From Octopus bimaculoides (lineage: Eukaryota): a stretch of DNA of 54,392 nucleotides. The stretch spans positions 70,874,624 through 70,929,015 of the forward strand of contig NC_068983.1 in assembly GCF_001194135.2 (NCBI RefSeq), in the 5' to 3' direction. Position 1 is the first letter of the stretch. Each line of letters opens with the position of its first letter. The position numbers and the translations under genes are program-made. Below, piece after piece: positions 23,897 through 37,567 of the stretch. The notes beneath the pieces were generated by a model, which was given only the letters and a program-made list of their open reading frames with translations, did no database searches and was not told where the DNA came from.

Positions 23897-24866
23897 TTAC
23901 ACAACGGGCCTAGATATCTACGGATTAGTGTTCAGATCAGATCAGATTACTAAAATCCAGTGCCAAATATTCGGGGACGTAATCTAAGAAAAGGAAAGTT
24001 GGCTGCAAGAAACGAAGAGGATACAAATGATGTACTGACAGTCATATACGGCATGAAAGTATTTATAAATAATTTACACAATTAAACGTAGAAATATAAT
24101 CAGTCGGAAATCAGGAAGATAGTCCATAGTAGTTCATTAAAGATAAGTAGACACCCAGATTTCATACGTGGAGAAAAACAAGTACTAAAATGAAAGGTTA
24201 CAAGGTATCATGGGAGGCACATGAAGCATATCAGTAGCAGTGCAAATCCCTTGCAGGAAGTTGTGTGCTTTGTAGCTAGATCCACGAAATCCCCTCTGAA
24301 GGCTGGCGACCTTTGGAAAGTCTGAAATTGGTTTACCGTGTTTATAGCGTAGACAAATGAGAGACCGATTGAAGTATTAAGCCTAGACAGTAATAAAAGA
24401 ATATAATCATTGCATAGCTTTAACACCTTTGGCTGATACATCCTTTGTGTGGTATCTGTATGTATAGGGAAAGTACACTTAGTTTCTTTTTCGTGGTGGT
24501 GGAACGTAGTCAGGTGGGGGAAGCAGTTTTCATGGCTTTTCCCGGAGACTCCGAGACTTATTGTGGGAAGAGAGAAAGATTTCTGAAAACTACACATTTG
24601 GCCCAAATACTTGCAATGAAGTTCAAGTGGCACGTGATAGTGCTAAACCGGGCGATGGTTTATATCTACCATTAAAAATATGATGTTGGCTAAAAGAAGC
24701 CGAAAATTACTTATTAGCACGGATTGTGGATTGGCATTACTTAACGGCGGCATTGTCGATGGAGGAAACTGTAGTGGTGGTGGAGAAATTGTGGTGATCC
24801 TTTTTTTTCTTTTTGTTTTTCCCAAATTTTCTAAAATGTTTAATATGCTGGTAATATTACTTAAAT

Positions 24867-25080
24867 AAGGCAGCGAGCTGGCAGAAACGTTAGCACACCG
24901 GGCGAAATTCTTAACGGGGTTTCGTTCAGAGTTCAAATTCCGCCGAGGTCGACTTTACCTTTCATCCTTTCAGGGTCGATTAAATAAGTAGCAGCTACGC
25001 ACTGGGGTCGATGTGATCGATTTAATCCTTTTGTTTGTCCTCTCTATGATTAGCCCCCTGTGGGCAATAAAAAAAACAAA
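24867..25080 (+). mobile_element. SINE family B, young full-length copy with 17-bp target-site duplication
   Basis: Direct repeat AATATTACTTAAATAAG at 24853-24869 and 25079-25095. A-rich tail present. Confidence 0.9.
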
Positions 25081-25085
25081 TATTA

Positions 25086-25200
25086 CTTAAATAAGTACCA
25101 GTTGAACACTAGGGTCGAGGCAATCGACTGTCCCCTCCCCTGAAATTGCTGGCTTTGTGCCAAAATTTGAAACCAATATTACTTGTGTTGGTAACTTTGA
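25086..25200 (+). mobile_element. SINE family B, 5'-truncated older copy
   Basis: TTAAATAAGTACCAGTTGAACACTAGGGTCGAGGCAATCGACT, followed by a tail variant resembling the one at 3220-3270. Confidence 0.8.
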
Positions 25201-25560
25201 CAGTGATGGTGCTAGTGTCTTTAGTATTTTCTTGTGTACTGTTATTGTTTAGCAAACTGAGTAGACCTACAGTACCAAAGGCTTTATAAGCCCGAACACT
25301 CCAGGTGAGCACTTTTAGTGCTTGTCAAAACATTTTCAAGGCGTCATTATAAGCAAATGAAGGTACTACTTCTAGCTCGTTGTATTATGGTGTAGTTGTT
25401 CCTTCTTGCCTTGTTCATGGTAGCGTTCTTGTTAATGGGAGAATGTTAGGTGAGTGGTAGAAGTAGTTGCATAGTGGCTGGATTTTTAGTGGTCGCAGAA
25501 TTAGTTAATCTCTAAGTTATTTTGGAGGGTTGCCATTAATTACATTAATATATATCTACA

Positions 25561-25899
25561 GTGAAGGCGTATGGATCAGTGGTTAGAGTGTCGACCTTAT
25601 GATCGTGAGGTTGTGAGTTCGAAACCCGGACCGAGCTGCGTGTTGTGTTCTTGAGCAAGACACTTTATTTCACGTTGCTCCAGTTCACTCATCTGCAGAA
25701 ATGAGTTGCGACATCACTGGTGTCAAGCTGTATCGTCCTTTGCCTTTCCCTTGGATAACACTGGTGGCGTGGAGAGGGGAGGCCTGTATGCATGGGCAAC
25801 TGCTGGTCTTCCATAAACAACCTTGCCCGGACTTGTACATGGGAAGGGAACTTTCTAGGTGTAATCCCATGGTCAGCCATGACCAAGGGGGTTCTCAGC
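25561..25899 (+). mobile_element. tRNA-derived SINE family A with 11-bp target-site duplication (1 mismatch)
   Basis: Collinear with 1623-1942. Flanks are ATATATCTACA (25550-25560) and ATATATCCACA (25900-25910). Confidence 0.9.
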
Positions 25900-27275
25900 A
25901 TATATCCACATGCTTTCACTGCACACATACAGGCACAAATGCACATCCCAAAACATCCCAAAACAAATTCACGCAGGTTTTCATTTATGCACATGCGCAG
26001 GCATGTACATGCATCATATTTTTTTTAAATACGTAAAACGAGAGACCACTAAGGGAAATGGAAATTTACTCTCTCCTCTCTCTATCTTTATCTCTCTCTC
26101 TATCTCCCTCACTCTCACACACACACGTGTGCTAACACCCATATGCATATACATGTCACCAAGGCTTGTACACATGCGTATAGAAAGGTACAGGCGTGTT
26201 ATCAGTGCTTGATATCTATATGCGTATGGGGTGTTTAAGTAAGCTTGGTCAGTTAGATATCATCTATCTCAAACAAGCTACAATTAAAACCAGAGTTTGG
26301 TGGATTCGTGTCAAGGCTCCAGTAGCACAACTTAAATTTTGCTTTGCATAGTTATCACACTCTTTATGTTATTTAACAATCTATACGTTTGATGCTTATC
26401 TATATCTCGCTAGAATAAACCAGCGAAATTTCAGTGTTAGTTCATTTTAATGTGTAACGTGTACTATCGTACAAAAGAAAGCTACAAAATGGTCGTTCAG
26501 CCAGCTAGGGTATAAATAAGTTAGAGATCTGCTATCGTTTTAAAAGAAGTCACTAAAAAGAGGGGAAATCACAGCTAAAGCTGTCTGAGCGGAGGTCTCC
26601 TCGATCAGGACTGACCTAAAACCTACCAAGACAGTTTTCAACATATAACACATGAGCACGCATTATGGCTGTTTTATATGTAGCTATTTTGTGCAGCTGT
26701 GTGCGTACATAATTATTGATGTATATGTGTCTGTATGTTGTATATGCGTATGCATATGCATATTCATTGTATATAACTGGTGTCGGTGATGAGTATTTCA
26801 GTTATATGATCTACTGAACTACATTATATTGTGATGTGGGCGGTTGAATAGTTCACAATAACGTTAACCTCATCCAGAATCAGCGTTACAATTACAAGCA
26901 GAGTATATTCCACGGATATCCACACGTTTTACGTCTATTTCACTAACAATACCGATTTTCTCAGTTTTATGCCAATTGTTTTTCACTGTCTACCGTATTT
27001 TCATTGAAAATATGGTAGATGAGAATTACCATATTAGTGTGGGTCTATGAGTGGGTCTATGACGTCACTGAATGATTATGCATATATTGCAAAGTAGAAA
27101 GAATGTTACTTACCGCCACATAACCATCAGACAAACGCGTGCTCGCATTCTCTCTTATGCAAACACACACATTCAACTATGGTAGAAACCACTAGCTCGT
27201 GCAAGCTCTCCAGTGACGACTAAAGAAGCAAACGCACAGAATAGACACACGCATGCACGTACGCACACACATAAA

Positions 27276-27312
<37 letters not shown>

Positions 27313-27524
27313 CCACACACACACACACACACAAACACAAATAGTCAAATACACACCGTTTTTCATATTCTGACTTATATTCTGAATCTAATAGAATGAA
27401 GAATGTTTTACTGAGATAAATGTTGGACTCCGGTCCAAAACTGAACTAGATTGATATGTTACTTATTTTTTCCACACTGTCTGGTGAAATAAGATAATGT
27501 AGAATTAAGGGCATTTTCTAAAAG

Positions 27525-27614
27525 CAAGTAGAAACGTCATCTCTGTATGGCAATACATGATGTTGGAATATATTCCAGAAGGTGCTGCAAAAACTCTCAC
27601 ATTCACCATTTTTG
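27525..27614 (+). CDS. Candidate internal coding exon, 90 nt, phase 1-1 (SRNVISVWQYMMLEYIPEGAAKTLTFTIF)
   Basis: cattttctaaaag acceptor (moderate), consensus TG|GTAAGT donor, open in the phase left by the 7319 donor. No homology recognised. Confidence 0.35.
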
Positions 27615-27968
27615 GTAAGTGTTTCAACGACAAATTCACGGTGAACACCGGTTAAATCTATGATGTCAATTGTAAGAAAAATAAAGCATAAAGGTAACTG
27701 AAAATGAAAACAGTGACATAAAGACACTGTAACCATTTATATACCTCCCTAGCGAAAGTGTGCGACCTAAAAACCAGTGGGGCAGTTTTCTGCCTCCTCC
27801 TTTAATACACCTTAATGACTTAGATATATTGCATCGAACAAGCAAATGTATTTACGGGATTCTGTATGAAAGCCACGTTTTTAGCTCATTTCTTTTATTT
27901 TCCCGATAGACGTGCACACACATATTTCATATTGCATATCTATTTAAATATAAATGTGTGTGTGTGTA

Positions 27969-28016
<48 letters not shown>

Positions 28017-28118
28017 TGAGTGCATTCTCAAACATGAATATTATTGACGGTGACATCGAAGTTTAATTGGCCGAAAATTGGAAGGTCACTGTTGATAGTG
28101 TCCTTGCTTAAAAATTAT

Positions 28119-28159
<41 letters not shown>

Positions 28160-28664
28160 NNNNNNNNNNNNNNNNNNNNNNNNNNNNNNNNNNNNNNNNN
28201 NNNNNNNNNNNNNNNNNNNNNNNNNNNNNNNNNNNNNNNNNNNNNNNNNNNNNNNNNNNNNNNNNNNNNNNNNNNNNNNNNNNNNNNNNNNNNNNNNNNN
28301 NNNNNNNNNNNNNNNNNNNNNNNNNNNNNNNNNNNNNNNNNNNNNNNNNNNNNNNNNNNNNNNNNNNNNNNNNNNNNNNNNNNNNNNNNNNNNNNNNNNN
28401 NNNNNNNNNNNNNNNNNNNNNNNNNNNNNNNNNNNNNNNNNNNNNNNNNNNNNNNNNNNNNNNNNNNNNNNNNNNNNNNNNNNNNNNNNNNNNNNNNNNN
28501 NNNNNNNNNNNNNNNNNNNNNNNNNNNNNNNNNNNNNNNNNNNNNNNNNNNNNNNNNNNNNNNNNNNNNNNNNNNNNNNNNNNNNNNNNNNNNNNNNNNN
28601 NNNNNNNNNNNNNNNNNNNNNATATATATATGTATGTATGTATGTATGTACGTATTTTTAACAG

Positions 28665-29697
28665 AATGGTTATATGATATCTTATCTTTGAAGCCGCATT
28701 TAGCTAGAATACTGTTATAGCGAGAGGCTGCTTAATTAGAAATTTCCTTTGAAGAGGATAGATTAGATATCCTAGTACTGATGTTAGCTATTAAGTTTTT
28801 AAACGCTATTGGGCGGTAATGGGGCTGACATGACTGTTTATGTAAATACATGAGCTTCTCATTAGGTTTATGACGGGGTTTATAAGAACCTGAGTTTAGG
28901 TCTAGAGAAACATCTAAGAAATCAACTTTGACCAAATTGGTAGATTCAGTAATTTTGAGGCCTAACTGACTTGAAGTATACATGAGTTATTTCTTAAAGT
29001 TATTGGGTGTATGTCCATCACAGTCGTGTTATGCTCAAACCACCGTTACAGTATCAACTAATGTCATGGGTTTGGAACTTAGATCTGAAAATGTCTGTTC
29101 TATAAAGACCTACAAGATCACAGTCCAGGTCTATGTGATCAATATTAACATATGTTTTTGCGAACCCAGACGTCTTATCTAACAACGATCTCGATATCTT
29201 GGAATAATAATCTACAACGTCAAACTACTCTATGCTTATCTTTTAAATTCCTAAACCAATGTATGACTGTACTGGCATTTGCTCATTGTTATAGTTTAGT
29301 AGTCTATTTAATTCTGATATTAATATTTCTTCTTATTTTTTTAGCTACTAAATCTATTTTAGTTCTGGCTAGATTTAAAATCTGCATGAGGGCTTATAAC
29401 TGGAATTGGGTTTGCGATCTTTTAAAGTAATAAAATCTTCTTGTTTAGCTAAGCATTTTAACCTATCAGTAATTTTACTTCGTTTAGATAGGAATTTAGC
29501 CTCACCGATAATATCCTTGTATCTACCTATGTTAACTTTCCTATATTTAGAGAAATGGTGTCGTGCAGCAATTTGTCATTAAAATCAGTATTGACTTCAT
29601 AAATATTATTAGTCACGTCAGAAAATACGAATTTGTCTTTAGAACTTTTAAAATTTCTAATATCAGATTTTAGTTTGGCTTGAAAAGGGTTATATCA
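28665..29697 (-). pseudogene. Decayed Penelope-like element reverse transcriptase
   Basis: Minus-strand peptides FQAKLKSDIRNFKSS..VFSDVTNNIY, FITLKDRKPN..PSCR, FDVVDYYSKIS, CDLVGLY and LGLKITESTNLVKVDFLDVSLDLNSGSYKP..KPNEKLMY...ISTRISNLSSSKE occur in PLE RT motif order, with stops, frameshifts and an internal deletion. Confidence 0.9.
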
Positions 29698-32600
29698 CTT
29701 ACAGAATTTAATATTGTATTATATTACAGTATATATATATATATATACACACGTGCAGATGCACGCGCACACACACATACACATACACATCTGTATGTAC
29801 ATACATATATACATATATCTATGTATATATGTATATATATACACATACATACATGTATATACGTATATGTATACACATATATACATATACGTGTGTATAT
29901 ATGTATATGTATACACGCATATACACACATGCATGTATGAATGTATGTATGTAGGCATTTATGTTTGTATGTATGTATGTATGTATCATCATGTTCATGT
30001 TATCTTCAAAATCTTAGCCAATGTGTGTTAGTCAGTCTTTGAACATCACATTGAATAAAAAGCCACCGTTGCACCATTTAAGCAACTGCTAACAAAATCA
30101 CAATAAATATTAATCTTTATACGTATATTGCGTCCTTTATTCAGTCAACCTTTTGTTATTAGGTGTTTGAATACTCAGGTATAGGTATATATATATATAT
30201 ATATATATNNNNNNNNNNNNNNNNNNNNNNNNNNNNNNNNNNNNNNNNNNNNNNNNNNNNNNNNNNNNNNNNNNNNNNNNNNNNNNNNNNNNNNNNNNNN
30301 NNNNNNNNNNNNNNNNNNNNNNNNNNNNNNNNNNNNNNNNNNNNNNNNNNNNNNNNNNNNNNNNNNNNNNNNNNNNNNNNNNNNNNNNNNNNNNNNNNNN
30401 NNNNNNNNNNNNNNNNNNNNNNNNNNNNNNNNNNNNNNNNNNNNNNNNNNNNNNNNNNNNNNNNNNNNNNNNNNNNNNNNNNNNNNNNNNNNNNNNNNNN
30501 NNNNNNNNNNNNNNNNNNNNNNNNNNNNNNNNNNNNNNNNNNNNNNNNNNNNNNNNNNNNNNNNNNNNNNNNNNNNNNNNNNNNNNNNNNNNNNNNNNNN
30601 NNNNNNNNNNNNNNNNNNNNNNNNNNNNNNNNNNNNNNNNNNNNNNNNNNNNNNNNNNNNNNNNNNNNNNNNNNNNNNNNNNNNNNNNNNNNNNNNNNNN
30701 NNNNNNNNNTATATATATATGCGTGTGCGTGCGCTTGCACACAAGCATTTTCTTATTGTTATGTCTGTAGCCTACAGCACATTATTTTCATTCTAACTAT
30801 TATTATCGTGTCTAATATTGCTTTTCTATTAATTTATTTCACTGTTTTTACGAAATGCGATTATGTCAAGTTATCTGCTTATAACTGCTAGATTAGAAAT
30901 TAAGAAATTTTACCCGAAAGATTACATTTAAGCTTCAAATTGAAGCTAGTGTAAATATATTTACTCGTCTCTGATTGTTTTCACATCTCTAGTGCGAGTT
31001 TTGCATTCTTCTATTGCTACAGCTGATATAGACGTCCGAAGACATAGAACGCTGTGGATCCGCCAAACGGTTCAGACGATAGTGACTTGTAACTGGCAGT
31101 TTGTTTTATCTATTATCATAGACTCACCTATGATCACGAGACTTAAATATGAAACAAACAAATGTAGATGAAAATTGGTCGGAAAATGACTAAACAGTTC
31201 AGCACTGCAAGCTTACTTTCCTACATTCAAATCCTCGTATGTTTTATAGGTTTGAGAATTATTGCTAAGCTGCCTACCCAAGAAATATTACAAGACGGAT
31301 GAAATAGGCTCAACGATGTTCCATCTCGTGCTCACAATGATGGCACAGCTGACGATTTGAGTTCTATCCCATCATACACGTATTCATACTATGATACAAT
31401 CTTGGCAGATCACTTCATATTTCTCATGTTATGTCTAATAAGCACTGATTATATAATATATAGTATACATATTCGTATGTGCGTATGTGTTTGTGTATCA
31501 TATATATACATCTATGTTTATTATATGCATAGGTATATGTGTGTATATATATATATATATGTGTGTGTGTATTATATGTATGCATGCGCACAGATAANNN
31601 NNNNNNNNNNNNNNNNNNNNNNNNNNNNNNNNNNNNNNNNNNNNNNNNNNNNNNNNNNNNNNNNNNNNNNNNNNNNNNNNNNNNNNNNNNNNNNNNNNNN
31701 NNNNNNNNNNNNNNNNNNNNNNNNNNNNNNNNNNNNNNNNNNNNNNNNNNNNNNNNNNNNNNNNNNNNNNNNNNNNNNNNNNNNNNNNNNNNNNNNNNNN
31801 NNNNNNNNNNNNNNNNNNNNNNNNNNNNNNNNNNNNNNNNNNNNNNNNNNNNNNNNNNNNNNNNNNNNNNNNNNNNNNNNNNNNNNNNNNNNNTATATAT
31901 ATATATTAAACTGATGATCTTAGCCATAAATAAACACATATATACATATATATGCATGCATATGTATGTATTTGTGTATATATATATATATATGTGTGTG
32001 TGTATTATATGTATGCATGCGCACAGATAAGATTAAATCATACTCTCACTACGTTCAACTGTTACTCTCCCCTCCCCGTCTTGTGCTAAATTTGTCTCTA
32101 TAGCAATTAGATTGTTTGCCACGTAATTTGTTTATTAAATATAAAGATTAACAAAGAGTTCCGCAAAAGAAAGCAGCAATTATTTTCATTGATTTTATAG
32201 AGCACAAATAGCTTAATGAAAATATCTTAACCCAAAATCAAACCTGTGGCATGATATCCTGGTTCTTAGAGTTCTCACTAGCTACTCTAATATGTTCAAT
32301 ATTAGTATATATTTTCTTCTTTTCAAAATACAAGATTTCACGGTCCCCTGGTCGTGCTGTTTTTAATTATAACAGGGAAAACTGGAAATAAAAAAATTAA
32401 TGAAAGATTTTTAAAAAAATAAATATTACAATGTTTAGTTTCCTCCCTCTAATTTTTGAGTTCAAATAACAATAGAGACAGATGAACAATTTATCCCTAA
32501 TAAGCAATGTGGCAGGAATGTCTTAGGAGTTGATTTATGGACCAGATATTTCCCTACACCTTGTTATTTGCCAGTGTGATAGTTTTATATTTATTGCTTT

Positions 32601-33317
32601 AGGCATATACAGACTGGTTTCTGTAGATATAAATTTAATAGATTTAGCGAGCCAAATTCATCTCTGGTACTAAGGGTCATCCGGCAGTTGAAAGGCCAAG
32701 TTGATCAGGGTAAGTTTTACACACAGAATGATGGAAACATATTGCTAAAGAAGCCAGTCTGGTGCAACACCCATCATGTAAATATTTACATAAGTCCCAT
32801 AGACGAAATAATTACGAACTGTTGTTGCTTAGATAAAAATGAAATTTGATTGTTGTTTTAGGAGTACGTAAAACTATAATATCAAATGTGTCATTTTCTT
32901 ATTTAAGATGGTTGGGTAAAGTTCGAGAAAGGCTTTTGAACTTATTTCTACTAAGTTGAACGTGACCGCTTAACTTGCTTCCATGATTGGCTCGTATAAA
33001 TTGGTGTAATATTCCGCGAAAGACTGAATATATTTCGATCTTCGTATTTTCCACGAACTTGTGTTCTGAAGTAGTGAAATTAACTGATGTAATAGACACT
33101 ACACTGATTTTACCTCACAGTTCTTTTGATTCACATTTCACTGAGACTCTTTTATATCACTTAAGAACGAATGTACAAACGGTCGATATGCCCGAGATAA
33201 CTCTTTGTAAATCAGCTTACGATCTTTCAGATGATGAACCTCACTTTAGGCATGAAATATTTCCTCAATATTGGTTTAGTTTTAGGCAGAACATCCACAA
33301 TTTTGAGGGAAAGGAGA

Positions 33318-33494
33318 TTGTCGATAACATCAGCCTTAGTACTTGATTGGTACTTTATATATTTTAGGGACCCTAAAAGGAAGAAAAATAAATGTGACTT
33401 CGGTGGGGTTTGAATTTAGAGAGTAAAGAATCGTAAATAACAAGGCAAGGTATTTTACATTACAATGCTCTAACGATTCTACCAATTCAGCAAC
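33318..33494 (-). mobile_element. SINE family B, heavily diverged copy, minus strand
   Basis: Reverse complement contains GAATTGGTAGAATCGTTAGAGCA, AATTCAAACCCCACCGAAGTCACA and AAAGTACCAATCAAGTACT. Confidence 0.6.
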
Positions 33495-33823
33495 GTTATT
33501 TTCTAACTATTCACAACTCTAATGAAGTTCACTTTGCAACAAATATGTGATTACTAGTTCGATCTGAAAGCAGAATACCTTGAACCACTGATTTCTATTG
33601 TAATATTGGGGTCACTAAGAAGTTGAGGGTTTTGTTTTATTTGGTGTAATAGTACTATGATTAAGCGCATTCGCATACACGCTCACACACACACACACAC
33701 ACANNNNNNNNNNNNNNNNNNNNNNNNNNNNNNNNNNNNNNNNNNNNNNNNNNNNNNNNNNNNNNNNNNNNNNNNNNNNNNNNNNNNNNNNNNNNNNNNN
33801 NNNNNNNNNNNNNNNNNNNNNNN

Positions 33824-33870
<47 letters not shown>

Positions 33871-34381
33871 TAGATAGATAGATAGATAGATAGATTAAAT
33901 AATGAGGTTAGAAATTGATATTAATCAATTAAATCTAGTGGCTTAGCATATTTAAAAAATCCGAAGATTAAAAATTATATTACATACCAAATTAAGAGGA
34001 ATAACCACGAAAGTGGACTCCTAATATGCTAAATATAGACGTCAAATCGCCATTAACACGAATAGTGAGTTCTCAAGAAAAATTTCAGCAAAACGCCAAA
34101 ATGTAAAAACGAGCAAGACAAATGAAAATATACGAAATAAAAAACGATTACCTACGTACCATGGTTTCACTTGTTAATATTTATACGTAAATATCTGCAA
34201 GATCATCAGCATAGACCGTCGCTTACAAAACACAATTTCCAGAACTAGACACAGAACGCTCACCCGAAAGAGAGCATGTATAAGGTTCTACAAATTATAT
34301 TTGAGGGTATTTTTCAAATGTCTTCTCTTTGGCGCGAAATTATGACCGAGACATATACTCTCTCTCTCTTTCTCTTTCTCT

Positions 34382-34421
<40 letters not shown>

Positions 34422-34431
34422 NNNNNNNNNN

Positions 34432-34492
<61 letters not shown>

Positions 34493-35671
34493 CTTTGTAA
34501 ACACACAATTGAGTGTATTTTTCTTTCTGCACATGTCAGCATTTACACTTGCTGGTGTAAACTGAAAGGTCGTTCCTTCACCGTACACCGTAGCGTTTTG
34601 ACAATTAGGGCAGGGTAAACTAAAAAACAAGTACAAGACTAAAACATATGATAGGCTCTATATGATTGGCGAATTCCACTAAATGCAGTGCAATCTAAGA
34701 CGGATGCCAGTAAAATAATAACAGAAATTATCTTAATTATATTTTCAATCGGAGCTATCTTCTATCGCAAACTTGGTATAGTTGTAAATATTATAATGTA
34801 TGCTGTCTTTAAAATAAACTTAAAAATTAAGAGAAGAGGTGAAATCTATATGGTAAGGAAGAAATGTACTAATTCCAGTTAAACGACAGTTAAGAATACC
34901 TGATCTTCCACCTACACAATACCTAATCAATGTTACAATAACTGCCAGATTGAAACAAATAAATATTACTCATAAATTCATCTGGCCGTCATTGCTGTCT
35001 TTGTTGTTGTGCTTGCTGTTTTGTACAAGTTAGATCTTTATAGAGCAAAATCATTCTCAAAAGCATTTCATTCAGAATTATCTCATCTTTATCCCTTCAG
35101 AAATAGATTGTGTAGGAACAGCCTATGAAATATGAAACTCCCGCCTGAATGAGTATGCTTCTACTCGATGGACTAGAAATAGCAAGCAAATCTTCCTAAA
35201 ATCACACCAAATTACCATTCAAATCTGGTTGTTGCTGGTGGTGGTGTCGATTAGCCTCAGGTTAGACCTGATCTACTAAACCTATAATGAGAGACATTCC
35301 AGCTATGAACTATCGGTTTTCATCTTCGACATACTGTTTTTAAGATATTAGTCATTTATGATAGTACTTCAGGTTCGATTTAGATGCTATTTCCACCCGA
35401 ACAATGGTTTTCACTTCGCGAGAAATGACAGCAAATTCCCTCAAATTTTACTTTCGTCTTAGATATTAACAAAAAATCCAGATTGTTACGACGAGAAGAA
35501 CTTTAAAGATTTTTCTTTAGTCAGAGGTCATGTGATAACATACAGCATAAATCACATGGTAGGCGAGTATATATATTAGAATCAATTACTTATACATACA
35601 TACATACATATATATATATNNNNNNNNNNNNNNNNNNNNNNNNNNNNNNNNNNNNNNNNNNNNNNNNNNNN

Positions 35672-35750
35672 TTGTGTGTCTGTGTTTGTCACCCCCCACC
35701 ATCACTTGACAAACCGATGCTTGTATGTTTACATCCCCTTAACCTTGCGC
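35672..35750 (+). mobile_element. SINE family C, internal fragment after a gap
   Basis: TGTTTGTCACCCCCCACCATCACTTGACAAACCGATGCTTGTATGTTTAC resembles 43090-43130. Confidence 0.6.
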
Positions 35751-36288
35751 ACATATATTCCCACAGAGTTGAAACGCTCACCCCTTCCTTTCTCATTCAT
35801 AAACACAAGAGTATTATTATAGTAGATTATCTCGGTAACCATGAGAGCTAATAAAAAGTACAAAACCCAGCATCACCACCGGAACATTCTACACATCTGT
35901 GTAATTTTTTGCGCAATTCCACCGAGCCGTTTGACTGTGAATCCCAAGACAAGAAAGAATGTATAGATAAGTAGGCTCACACATATTTATATAGTTGATG
36001 AATATATATCAGATAAGGGATAATTTTCAAAATCTGAAGTATTTATTATACATGCATGTCGTTATGAATTTAAACTTAAAAATATGTATAGTAATGTGCC
36101 ACAAGTGTTAATCTATACAAAGTTGTGTGTGCGTGCGTGTGTGTGTAGGCGTGTGTGCGTTCGTTTCCATATGGGTGTCTATGTACATATTTGTATAGAC
36201 AAGACAATTTAAATAAATCTTACTTAAACATTGATTATGTATCTCACAAAGAAAAATGCACAAATACAAGTTTATATACATACATACA

Positions 36289-36378
<90 letters not shown>

Positions 36379-36432
36379 TATGGATATGTATATATATATT
36401 TATATGTATGTATATATATTTGTATATATATT

Positions 36433-36473
<41 letters not shown>

Positions 36474-36892
36474 GCATGCATATATACATACATATGTATA
36501 ATTACGTACATATGCATACACATACTCACACATGCATGTTTATAAGCACAAAGACATATTGTTCTGTTTGTGTTTTTCTGCATTCACGTGTGCATATGGG
36601 TATGTGTACATATATGTGTGCATACGTATGTGCTCATATATATATATAGGTATGTATGTCTGTATGCATGTATATATGGTTCGTCAGTATATTATAGTTT
36701 CGACACCACCTCATATGGTATTGATTTTCATTTGTATTTCTTAATGAAATTTGCACTTTCATAGTCACACTCTTGCACAGAGTATATTTTTTTTTATCAT
36801 AAAAATACATACACACACTGACTCACCACTTCCACAGGCATATATATACATACACTGTCAGGCATTACACTGGCACATTGTATGTATATATG

Positions 36893-36945
<53 letters not shown>

Positions 36946-37023
36946 CATACATACATACATACATACGTGTGTGTGTATGTGTGTATGTATATATAAAGAT
37001 ATATAGATATATAACTATATATG

Positions 37024-37066
<43 letters not shown>

Positions 37067-37141
37067 GTATGTATTTATATATATGTATTTATATATATGT
37101 ATTTTACATATATACACATACAGGTACGCATACATGCATAA

Positions 37142-37176
<35 letters not shown>

Positions 37177-37531
37177 TACATACATACATACATACATACA
37201 TACATACGCATATGCCGCTGCAGAGATTAAAAAAGCCAATTCTGCTTGTGTATCTGTGATTCACATGCTATGCAATAGAATAATCTGAGACGTTAGGTTA
37301 TGTTTCAACTTCCCGTTTGCTCTGCTCTCCATTGACTTCTTTCTAAATGTATATATGTTAACAAGATTACTGATTATCAATGAATAATCATATCAGTTAG
37401 AATAATATTTCTGTAATTTGCTATCATCTATGATATCTTCCTTAATGCAATGTCAGTGATCTGGCTGAAGGAAGTATTCGTATTATTCGTATATAATATT
37501 TAGAAACATTTTAGCAATTCGATTTCAACAT

Positions 37532-37567
<36 letters not shown>

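Noticed and set aside
34190-34225. Minus-strand VYADDLA, resembling an RT catalytic motif
   Set aside because: Only 13 codons lie between stops and no other RT motifs are nearby; consistent with chance.
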